A stretch of 64,000 bases of DNA from Oopsacas minuta (taxonomy: Eukaryota > Animalia > Porifera): assembly GCA_024704765.1 (NCBI GenBank), contig JAKMXF010000345.1:139239-203238 (forward strand), in the 5' to 3' direction. This document shows positions 22,556-33,069 of this stretch, one piece after another. How positions within the stretch are numbered: position 1 is the stretch's first letter; each line of letters starts with the position of its first letter. The notes under the pieces are model-generated. The model searched no databases and was not told where the DNA came from. It was given only the letters and a program-made list of their open reading frames with translations. The position numbers and the translations under genes are program-made.

Positions 22556-24525
22556 ATGAATATGAGTTTACATCCAAGAGATAGAGATATTTTCCTACAA
22601 CTTGAAAATGATCATTTTCGTGATATCAGCGAAATTGAGATCATAAGTCGCGAAGTCAAACATGAATTCGATAAATTTCACAAAGAATTGACCCAGAAAG
22701 AATATGATATTGTGAGAGAAATTAACAAAATCCGCGATAAAATTGTTGAAGATTTTAACCAAAAAAAGAACCGTTTATTTGATACTACAAACCAATATCG
22801 CGAAATTCAACACGATTTAGGAGTATCTACACATGTGAACATTTTGTGGAAGAAAAACGGTTTGGCGATAAATGATATCTGCGAAATACAGTCCTCACAG
22901 AGACGGCGATCACACTCAATTTCCTCAGCAACAAATCCTTATGGCGACCTCATAATAATGTTAAATTCCGCTCGTCAGGTTCAAAGTTCAATCCAAGCAA
23001 TTGCAATGGAATATCCACCGGAAATGCACTCAACAGCAAGACAGCTGATCCACAACAAACAACATAAATATCATATCCTACCTGTTTATGAGCTGATACA
23101 ACATAATTTGAAATGTAATACGAAGATGGTTGATATACAAGATGGACTGCACTCTTTGTCAAAGTATGTGATTTGTTTGTTCTTTGATCCAAGCAGGACT
23201 ATCTTTCATACGATACAGGTAAGTGTTTTTGTTATTTCTCTTACCTTTGTGACTAATAAATACATTCTGAGATGGCATTATTTCTTACAGGGACTCTGTT
23301 ACCAACTCCCTATATTTCTTTTCCGACAATTTCCCTGAATTCCAAGTTTTACATTAATAGCGATTTCAGGTTTTTATTTTTGGAAAACAAGCGCATGAAT
23401 TGCAATTTTTCATGGATTCTCAAGTTTTTTAATGAGACCCTCTGAGAGGGGGCCAGTAGATCCATTTGGCTTCAAAAACATTTCATCGTATGACCATATT
23501 AGGGTATTATATATTCATTTGGGGAAGATAGCAAAATGACTTGGCCTCTACGATCCTGTCAGAGTCAATCCGCGGGAAGGTTTGGCAAATATACTCACTA
23601 CGCTCCCGTAAAATGTTTATTGTTAAATATCTAATAAGCATTTTGAGCGGACAATTTTCGTCATAACAGCCCCTATGAAGTGCAACTGCTATATGCAAAA
23701 ATATGTTATCTAATTGTGTTCTTATTCATATAGACTGACTCAGAATACCACAGAACTCTTATTTCAAACAAAATAGTAGGCTACGATAAAATTCTACACA
23801 GAATTGATTACCAATACAATCACACTACCCAATTCTATACAATCGACCAACATCTACTGTCTACTCCTCAATATCTTCATAAACTAGCTTCCATCTGCTG
23901 TGAACTTCTATTAGCTGTTGAGGAATTGAGATATTTTCAGGAGAACACCGATCTGAATCGTCTCGATCTTCTGACCTACTTTTCACCACCCCCCTTAGTT
24001 CATGACTTTGAAATAAACGCATCGGTATGTCCAATAACAGCCTTAGATGTTTGCGCTTCAGGTCGTGATGCAAGCCTTTTATCACAGAATAGTGATTCAT
24101 TTGGTTCTCCGATACAATCATTAAACTATCAACGTTCAAAAGCTAAACTCTATTCCGATAATGATACACCAAATTCCAGTGTATCTGATACGCAATACAA
24201 TAGTCGTACATCAAATTGTAGTGGCGATATTCTCCAGTCACGTGATAGATATGACGTAGTTGAACCAGCTCCCACTGTTACGCAGGATAAATTCACCTCA
24301 ACAGCCTTTAATTTAATCGAAGATACGAATCTATACTCAATCTCTGATCCTGGAAATAATGATATGGCTAAACAAGATCGCGGAAATCCACGCGGTTTAT
24401 TACAGAATCCACCCAGGAAAGTTGATTCTAGTCCAAGTATTGGTTGTAAAATTTGCCCTAAATGTAACAAAGAGACATCTATTTCATATTTAGCTTGTGA
24501 ATGGTGTCGTGCTTATGTCTCTTAA
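22556..24525 (+). CDS. Coiled-coil + SPATA2/Tamozhennic-type PUB domain + disordered linker + C-terminal Cys4 zinc ribbon (gene A), 2 exons, ~484 aa
   Basis: Exons 22556-23218 and 23734-24525, phase 0. Spliced core GLHSLSKYVICLFFDPSRTIFHTIQ|TDSEYHRTLISNKIVGYDKILHRIDY...LASICCELLLAVEEL; C-terminus CPKC-x9-CEWC. Confidence 0.7.
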
Positions 24526-25345
24526 TTCTTGTAATTTATTTATATTTCAAACTTTTGATATAATTCATGTTTGTTTTCCTATTTTCTTCTGTTCTGAATG
24601 ATAATTATTAATATAAGGATTTTCATATGATTTCTATAGGGAAATATTTTATTGAGCTGTTTTATGCGAAATAGACCATGGACCATGTGTACTGTTATAA
24701 GAAGAGTTGTCCTCCTATATCTTATCGAATATTTAACCACGGATGTTGGATTTCGTATTTCTCCTTGAATGTTATTCAAAAGCTATTTCGAGATATTCCC
24801 TCTTTCTTGGTTTGGGTAGTTCACATGGATTATTGGCTATGCAGGCTTGGATGTTGTTCAAGGATATTTTGATGAGGTGATTTTCTATAATACATAATAT
24901 ATACGAAATCCACCATCCATTGTTAAATATCTAATAGGAGGAACCATTTTTGTCAAACTGTACTCGGGTTAAAACTATGTTTTGGCTAAATGCTGTTCCT
25001 ATATGCTTATTAGCCATTTAACCATGGATGGTTTATTTAGCATATTTTGTGTCCTATACAAATCACCCTTCCAATGAAGCGAAGAGTGCTTCAAAATGAC
25101 GTTGAACAACTTCCAAGCAGATATCACCATCCATGGTTAAATAGCTAATAATCATATAGGAGAGAATTTTCTTCTTAACAAGATCATTGGACCATGGATC
25201 ATACTGTAGAACTCTTTCGGATATATCGAAATGATTCTTTCCCCAATATAGCGTGAAATAAATTGATCCATGGTTCAAATATGATTCTCCATTGGGTATA
25301 TATTTCAATTTATTTGAGTGAATAAAGGTTATTTCTTGATAACTA

Positions 25346-26110
25346 ATGGCTATGGAGATTGAAGGAACATTTGATGGCAAAATTTCATTCAAAATACGTA
25401 TACAAAATGCTAGAGATGAAATACAATCCAAATACCTAGAATTTCATTCACAATTGACAAAAGAAGAATCGCGGCTTATAACAAGACTTGATGACATTGA
25501 ATCTGAGGTCTTAGAAACTTTCGAGAAATATAGCACATCTCTAAATGAAATTACGAAAGCGAGAGAACAAATACTCTCAATTTTCAAGACAAATACCACA
25601 AATCGTGATCTGCTTAGAAACAATTTGGAAATATACGACAAAGAAATACAAGCTATAAAAGAAAACACGAAAATTGAAAATATTATCAATTTAGAGTGGG
25701 ATATCAAACCGATTGAGATTAATTGCCTGATCCAAACTAAAAATTGCCCTCCACAAACGACACAGCACGCCATACCGCAATTATTGAAGCAAGTGTCGTC
25801 ACCCTTACCAAATACTCTCGATTCGAAGTACCAACGTTTGAATTCATACCAGGGAAATGCCCCTCGTAAACATTTTATGAAAATGCCGAAACAAACTGAA
25901 TGGGAATGTCCACATTGTACAACTTTGAATTCTATGAGCAACCACTATTGTGAAATTTGTTATAAGACCCCGCGTTATAAGATTGACAAGCAAAGTGGAA
26001 AGCCGAATATTCCACATGGAACGAAGTATTGTCGTCGTTGTAACCAGGCTAATCGCTATCAGGACCAGATATGTGCTTATTGTGGACTATGGTTGGTACA
26101 TATGAATTAG
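25346..26110 (+). CDS. Coiled-coil + RanBP2/NZF zinc finger + zinc ribbon protein (gene B), intronless
   Basis: Heptad-rich N-terminus; WECPHCTTLNSMSNHYCEICY (W-x-C-x2-C-x3-N-x6-C-x2-C); KYCRRCNQANRYQDQICAYCG. Confidence 0.75.
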   Translation: MAMEIEGTFDGKISFKIRIQNARDEIQSKYLEFHSQLTKEESRLITRLDDIESEVLETFEKYSTSLNEITKAREQILSIFKTNTTNRDLLRNNLEIYDKEIQAIKENTKIENIINLEWDIKPIEINCLIQTKNCPPQTTQHAIPQLLKQVSSPLPNTLDSKYQRLNSYQGNAPRKHFMKMPKQTEWECPHCTTLNSMSNHYCEICYKTPRYKIDKQSGKPNIPHGTKYCRRCNQANRYQDQICAYCGLWLVHMN

Positions 26111-26484
26111 TTGGTGTGGGTATTTTGAGTTGGATTTTGTTTCATATATTTTTGTGAATATTTAGCCAAATGTTTGTCTCTCGTTGGGGGTGTACAGGTC
26201 CATTTGTATACTTTCATAGGTCATCAGGGCTCTCAACTTGGAAACTTCAAAATCTCACGATTCTATCTTGGGATATGCAATTTAGTATTATTTTCTATTA
26301 TTACAATACCCAATTCTTCTGCAGTATTTGTAGACCCGAAATGGTGAGCGTTGAGAGCCCAGGTTATCTAGAACTCCGCATAAGTCGAAGGTATTATTGC
26401 TGTCCCTTGAGTTTCGATGTAACGGGAGTTGAGTGTATTTTGAGTACATATTTCTATGTTAATTTTAGAATTCTAGCTTTGACC

Positions 26485-27234
26485 ATGGCTCAATCTCCAC
26501 AAATTTCCGAAACGACATTACAAACTATTACAGAATTTCAAACACGAATACAATCATACAGAGCTGAAATCAAAAACAAAATTTCACAAATCATCGGTCA
26601 ACTCAAAAACGAGGAAAATCAACTTTTATCGAAACTCGATGATATTGAAAAGGAAGTTCTCGATAAATACAAAATAGCCAGTTCGACATTAGCCGAAATT
26701 ACCAAAGCCAGAGAACATATACTCGGTGTATTGAAGAGTAATACCACTAGTACTTTACTGAAAAATAACTTAGAATTGTATGATAAAGAGATTGAAAATA
26801 TCAAGAAAAATTCGATAATTTCTTCTACGAACATTCAGTTAAAATGGAATATTAATAATATTGAAAATATTTGTGTAATTTCGAAATTGATTGATGAAAA
26901 CCGTGAAAATATTATAAATTCTAAGTGTGTAGAAACTGATAAAAGATCCGTAGTCTATACTGAATATCTTAAGCCTCTAAAACCGAAATTTCAAGTGCCT
27001 GAACCCAATTGTCAAAACAAAAATTTATTAAAATTAAACAGACATTTAGTAAACCTAGAAGATAACATATTCTCTCCAGATTACTCTACTGACAAGCCCA
27101 ATAATACGATTACAGAACCACAATATACTAATTTATCCTTGAAAAGAGAATGGGTATGTCCTAATTGCACATATTATAATGATCCTAGCCTTACAAAATG
27201 TGGAATGTGTTCATACCTTAGACAGAACTACTAA
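26485..27234 (+). CDS. Coiled-coil + RanBP2/NZF zinc finger protein (gene C), intronless
   Basis: Likely ATG at 26485 (ACCATGG). Coiled coil clearly paralogous to gene B (LAEITKAREHIL vs LNEITKAREQIL); WVCPNCTYYNDPSLTKCGMC with the TY pair at the NZF TF position. Confidence 0.75.
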   Translation: MAQSPQISETTLQTITEFQTRIQSYRAEIKNKISQIIGQLKNEENQLLSKLDDIEKEVLDKYKIASSTLAEITKAREHILGVLKSNTTSTLLKNNLELYDKEIENIKKNSIISSTNIQLKWNINNIENICVISKLIDENRENIINSKCVETDKRSVVYTEYLKPLKPKFQVPEPNCQNKNLLKLNRHLVNLEDNIFSPDYSTDKPNNTITEPQYTNLSLKREWVCPNCTYYNDPSLTKCGMCSYLRQNY

Positions 27235-27629
27235 TTAAGTTTGTGTATATTTTATTAACTATAGTTGTGATGACGTAACTTTGTTATTATATTAGAGAAT
27301 ATTATTATCACCAAATTATATTTTTATAATAACAAATACTTATATTTCATTAAGAACCGATGCTAACTTGGCAGAGTTCGATATATTAGTGAATCTTTCC
27401 AATTATTCTTTGATAGAATATAACCTCCACGAACGGGGGATTTGACAGATACCAGGGATTTTCGACGTCCCTGGTACACTGTTTGTGGAGGTTACACGCG
27501 AAATATTGCCCCGACTGCCGCGTCACCTTCCACCGAATACATATATTGTTTGTAGTTAACTATAAATTTTGATAACAGAACCATGGATAACTAATTCCAT
27601 TCAAATTATATTATTAGCATAGAGTACGC

Positions 27630-30600
27630 ATGACTGGCTACACAGATCCAACAATCAAAGATGAAACTTTTAGAATCCTGAGAGATCTTGAACGTGCTAT
27701 CACTGATGATTCAAAGCGAACACGTGAAATCGTAAAAACAGAATTCACCGAGTTGAAACGAAAAGTTACAGAATTTGAATTAGAAAAATTGGACTATATA
27801 AATCAAATTGAATCCGAGAAGAAAGCTCAAATATCAACCATTCGTTCTCAGCATGATGGCTTGAAAATGGCTCAATCATTTTCCGCGCAAAATAACCCAG
27901 AAATCACCAAAAAATTCAGTGAATTGGAAAAAGACCTCAATCGATTACGTAACAGTATGATGAGTAAGCAAATTAACATAGACATCAATAAAGTTGAAGT
28001 ATTCGATCAATTGCAACTTTTCTGCAACACAAACTATGGAGTGCCACCAGGGACGCAAACAATCCCCCCACCCTATGCTGTCCCACAACAGAAACTCATC
28101 ATACAAGAAACGCTGGATAAAGTCCACTCAGAAAGCCGAATGCCAGCCGAAAAATTAGAATCCATCGAGGGATTTATCCGGTTTGTCCTTACATTTAAAT
28201 CCTCCGAATATAAGCCAACGCTTACTAGTAATATTCCCATTGAAATAGCAAACGAGGCTAAAAGGTACGTTAAAGTCGAAAATAAATATACTATGGCTAA
28301 TTTCTATGATATTATGCTGCGTACTATGAAGGAAGGTAAGTCAATGAAGAATATCTGTGCTGGTTTTGAGAATTTGGCGAAGATGTGTAATTGTGTTTAT
28401 TTTGATTCTCACAGTGATGAAACTAAAATTATTAAGGTAAGTGAAGACCAAAGTCCATGATTCATGTCAAAATTCATTGCAAATTCTTGTCATAAGGGAA
28501 AGGTCAAAATCTATGAACTCTGTTTATTATCTGGCATGAACCAAACAGAAAATCGTCGATTTTGGACCAGGGATTGCAGAAACGGAGTTTTGAATTATGC
28601 AGTTCTACAATTATGTAATACTTTAGCAAGCCAAATGCCCTTTTTAGCAGTTTACTAATTACAAATAATAATCGCGGCCGTATCCCTAGTCCAATCCACA
28701 ATTTCCTATGTAAAGTAGCTAATCGCTTGTCAAAAACATGTCCATATATGGTAGTGATATATTTTATATACTTTTAGGTTGATGGCCCATTTTATAAACA
28801 AGGCATAAGCAATAACCTCTGCTCTACAGATGATATACTACGTCTCCTCGGCTATGAAAATAGGATACAATTTTGGCAATTTAACAAGCCTCAAAATGTA
28901 AAGAAATTCGAAGCACAGATTGAGCGTTTGTTTTGTGAATTGTGTATTCTTGTACAAGAATCTATTGCCATAGAAAAGCAGATAAAAAAGGAGAAATATA
29001 ACGAATATATTTTACAGAAGATAGATACACAGGTTGTACCGAATTTACCAACACCGGTAGGGATGGTAAAACCGGTCGCGCCGGATCCAGTTGAAAAACC
29101 AAATCCGGTTGAAGGAGCAAGACCTGTCTCTCCAGAAGATGACGAGGAGCAATACGCATTTTCAGAGTTATTAGTCGCGATCGATGCTCTGGGGACACAA
29201 GACCAAAAATACACTACGTCACTCGCAGAGGCTAATCCAGACGAATTCCTTGAATTAGCCAAAAAATGCATAAATCTACCTGTACAAAAGAAATACCAGA
29301 ATATCGACATGTATAAGGTTATACATGGTAATGTATTGAACCATAAGCAAGTTGGAGAGATTAAGATAGGATTGGTGGGTGTATTTAAGTATGCATTAAA
29401 CCAATACGTTGATGCACAATTACCTGAAATTCAATTACTTTTGGTAAGCTATATAACTGCTTGTTATGACCAAATGGCCCCTCTATATGCTTATTAGTTA
29501 TGTAACCATGGATGGCGGTTTTAGTTTATCTGCTTGAATGTTGTTCTAAGTCATTTTGAGGCACTCTGCTTGATCGGAAGGGAGAATTTGCATGGAATTT
29601 ATAAATATCCTAAATTCACCATCCATGGTTAAATATCTAATAAGCATATAGACAAAAATTTTGTCAAACAGCATAAAATGACCCTATAAGGAGAGGTGGT
29701 CTCAGGATCTGGATACCCGCGGCAAATCATCAGTTTACCACTGCGACCGTGCCATTACCAGTCTGCTGTATATATGATTATACGTATGCAGCCAACTCCC
29801 ATTATATTTAACACGGATATCTCGGAATACCCGCTTATATCAAAGTCTGAAATTGTACAAATATGGTGCCAACTGTCAAAAGTCACATATATTTCATGGG
29901 TTTTATCGAAGTAATTTAGCGATCCCTTGAGCTGTTTTTGTATTTATATAATCAATATTTATTGGTTGTGCATTTCCTATAGTATGATAAAGATCCTTTT
30001 CATTCACTTGTCTCGAGTAAGATGATAAACTCGGAAGAAATTTTCCTGAAGCTAGGCTATCTCAAAATGTCAGAAGGACAAGGAATGCAGCTCAAGGAGG
30101 CTGTTGATGATAGAACCACACGTTTGCATAATGTATCTCTTATTTGCTGTGAGCTTTTAATTGCAATACAGGAATTGTCAGAATTTGGAAATACTGATCA
30201 GAATCCGTTGAAATATTTTGATACTAATAAGGATCAAAGTGTTAAATCTTCAATTCCAGAACCAGCACCACGAAAATCAATGCCAAATATTCTACCACCA
30301 CCAGCACAAGGGTTTGGTCCAATTCAAAGTATCCCTAAACAAGGATCTGGTCCAATTCAAAGTATCCCTAAACAAGGATCTGGTCCAATATCAAATATAC
30401 CACCACCCCTAGAACTTGGCCAAATGGTGAATATTCCACAATCACAATCACAAGGATATGGTCCAGTACAAAATATTCCCCCTAAGGAAGGATTAGAGCC
30501 AATACATCCATCACGGCCACAACAAGGATCTGGTCCCATACAATTTATTCCACAACCAATAGGACCTGGTCAAATGCCGAATATGCCCCAATCACAATCA

Positions 30601-32090
30601 CAAGGTTCTGGCCAAATTCAAAATATCGATCCACAACAACAACAATGGATGAGCCAGTTGCCTCAGCGATCTCTACAACAACAGAATGCTCCCCCTCCAC
30701 AAAATTTTGGCCCATTCCATTCTTTTCAAGGCCCGCACCCTTCTTTGAATTTACTTCAGGGATTTGAGAAACTTCGTGAAACTTTATCAAATTTCAAGCT
30801 TCAAACTGCAATACCCTCGCATTTAATTGACCTTGCGCGTGCTTGTCTGCCTCTTTCAGCAAAGGATAAATACGCACTTGGTATCATTTGTGAAATAGTT
30901 TTGCAAAATCTGAAGCATAATACACCAATTGTTCAAATTCGTGAAGGTATAGAATGGCTTGCCAAATATTGTATTTGTATATTTCTTCGTGTATCAGATA
31001 GAGAAGTACTCACCCTAAAGGTTTGTGTTTTTATATTTTATGTATTTTTATAGCAAAATTCAGAAAATTTAGTGCACATTTCTGAAAGATGCCAAAATCA
31101 AAGTTTTCGCCAATTTCAGTAGGAAAGCCAAAAAATACAAAGGAATTTGCATTTTCAGAAATGTACACAATTTCTTTGAATAATTATTTATTCTTAATAT
31201 GAAAATTCAATATTTTCGGCACATGAATTTGTTAGCCAAAATATTTTGGGGTCTGCACAGATCTAACTTTTATATTTCTATATGTATTTATTTAGGAAAG
31301 TGGGTCTCTTTTCTTTCGAGAGATTTGTGCACGGATCAAGATAACAAATAATATATTCACGCATCTTGGTTATGAGTATTTAGAAACAGATAGATCTTTT
31401 TACCTAAAAGCGGAATTATTTGAAAATCCAGCCAACTTAAATAGATTAATAGAAACTGGATGTGATTGCCTTCTTGCCATGCAGGATTTAATTGCTTATG
31501 AACATATTGGACATGGCAAATTCATTGAGTTTTTCCAACAGTATACCCCCAATCCAACTCACGAAAATATGCCAGCTGAAATGCCAACACAATCTCGCCA
31601 ATATGCTGAACCACCCACTGAAAATTTGCCCGCCAAAAATCTATCTTTTGCCGACCTATCAGGCCCAATACCTCCACCACATCCAACACAATCATATTCG
31701 TCGAATCCACCAAGGGACCAGAGTTTTAGTATTCCTGTGCAGTCGCAGCCTCCATATAGTTCAGTATACGATCATAACAGGCCATACCAAGAACTCCCTT
31801 ATGATCAAAGTGTAAATTCCCAATATTATCAACAGCAAAAGCAACAACAACTCCAAAAGCCATACCCAAGGTCAATTGCTGGTCAACAACGTTGGCAATG
31901 TCCGCACTGTACAAGCTTCAATCCTATTAATATATCTTTCTGTGAAGTGTGCTACAAAACGCCTGACTACAGGCTTGATACCGAATCACCTCCACGTACA
32001 AATCCTAGCACGAAGTTATGTCCCCGGTGTAGACAACCAAATCGTATGCAGGATATTAGCTGTACTGGATGTGGTGCTAATTTTATGTGA
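27630..32090 (+). CDS. Coiled-coil + three SPATA2-type PUB domains + Pro/Gln linkers + NZF + zinc ribbon (gene D), 4 exons, ~1101 aa
   Basis: Exons 27630-28436, 28778-29443, 29983-31020, 31296-32090, all phase 0. PUB cores GFENLAKMC...IK|VDGPFYK...LRLLGYE, GLVGVFKYALN...LL|YDKDPFH...FLKLGYL and GIEWLAKYC...LK|ESGSLFF...FTHLGYE; WQCPHCTSFNPINISFCEVC; CPRC...CTGC. Confidence 0.75.
29504..29630. mobile_element. MITE family C with AACCATGGATGG termini; representative copy
   Basis: AACCATGGATGG...CCATCCATGGTT. Other copies at ~24735-24924, 25020-25138 and 32396-32527. Confidence 0.75.
30316..30390 (+). repeat. 33-bp coding tandem repeat (GPIQSIPKQGS) within a degenerate GPxQxIP array
   Basis: Two exact 33-mers GGTCCAATTCAAAGTATCCCTAAACAAGGATCT plus further degenerate units to ~30630. 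Confidence 0.85.
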
Positions 32091-33069
32091 TGCCATCTTT
32101 CAGACCTATAATATATATTTGTAAAAACTCGTTGTTTGTGTGTACTTTACGACTTTTCTTTATTTCTTCTGTTTAGACTTTTTAGCTTTGTACACAAACT
32201 TGTACTTTGCTTATTAATATATAGAATGACTCTGATAGCAGATTTTCACAAAATTGTGTGTTGACTTTTTGAGTGTATATTCTTGTATTTTCACTGTAAG
32301 CAAGCTTTATTCATGTTATGGATCTGTTTTATTTATTATTAGATTTACAGTAAAGAGGGCTATCGAAATTTATGTTACGTATGTGCTTATTATTTAACAA
32401 TGGATGGTGGGTTTTGTTAATTATTTTCTTGTATGTTGTTCTAGGTCATTTTGAGACAGTCCTCGCTTGGTTAATACGTACAGGGAAATATGTATTTTAA
32501 GTTATATTAAATCCGCCATCCATGGTACAATTACGAATAATCACAGAGGGGATAATTCTCGCCAGAATAACCTGAAATTTGAATACCGTAAACTGGGGCT
32601 ACTTTGGTCCACTGGGTTGTTTAACCCAAATATTAAAGTTTCAAAGAAACTAGATTAGATTCAGTATTATACTTGAAAATGACTTGCAAATTTTTAACGA
32701 ATTTTCAAATATCGGTAGACAACTCGAATACAAATACAATATCTATTCGATACGTAAGCAAATTTCAATATTTGGGCCAAAGTAGCCCCAGTTTACGGTA
32801 GTAGAGTTGCTCGATGCACTATTAAGTAGACAACTAAATATTCTATGGCCACAATGGCTTGTAAACTAATCGGAAAATGCAATTGTTATCATCACATAAA
32901 TATGTCTTGAAATCAACATGCCTAATGTAGTATATGGTTACCATGCATACGTATCCAATTTGACTTAATGTTATCATATCAATTCATTAATCTTAACCAT
33001 TGGCTTACATATATACATGTATACAAGTAAATTGTAGATAGTTGTTTTGGAGAGTATAGTTGATTTTCG

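Noticed and set aside
23219-23338. Apparent TM helix at the end of ORF 22556-23338, and similarly 31021-31053
   Set aside because: Read-through into pyrimidine-rich introns after clear GT donors; the spliced frame continues the PUB domain.
26170-26484. 105-aa N-terminal extension of gene C
   Set aside because: No counterpart in paralog B; the downstream ACCATGG start aligns with B's N-terminus.
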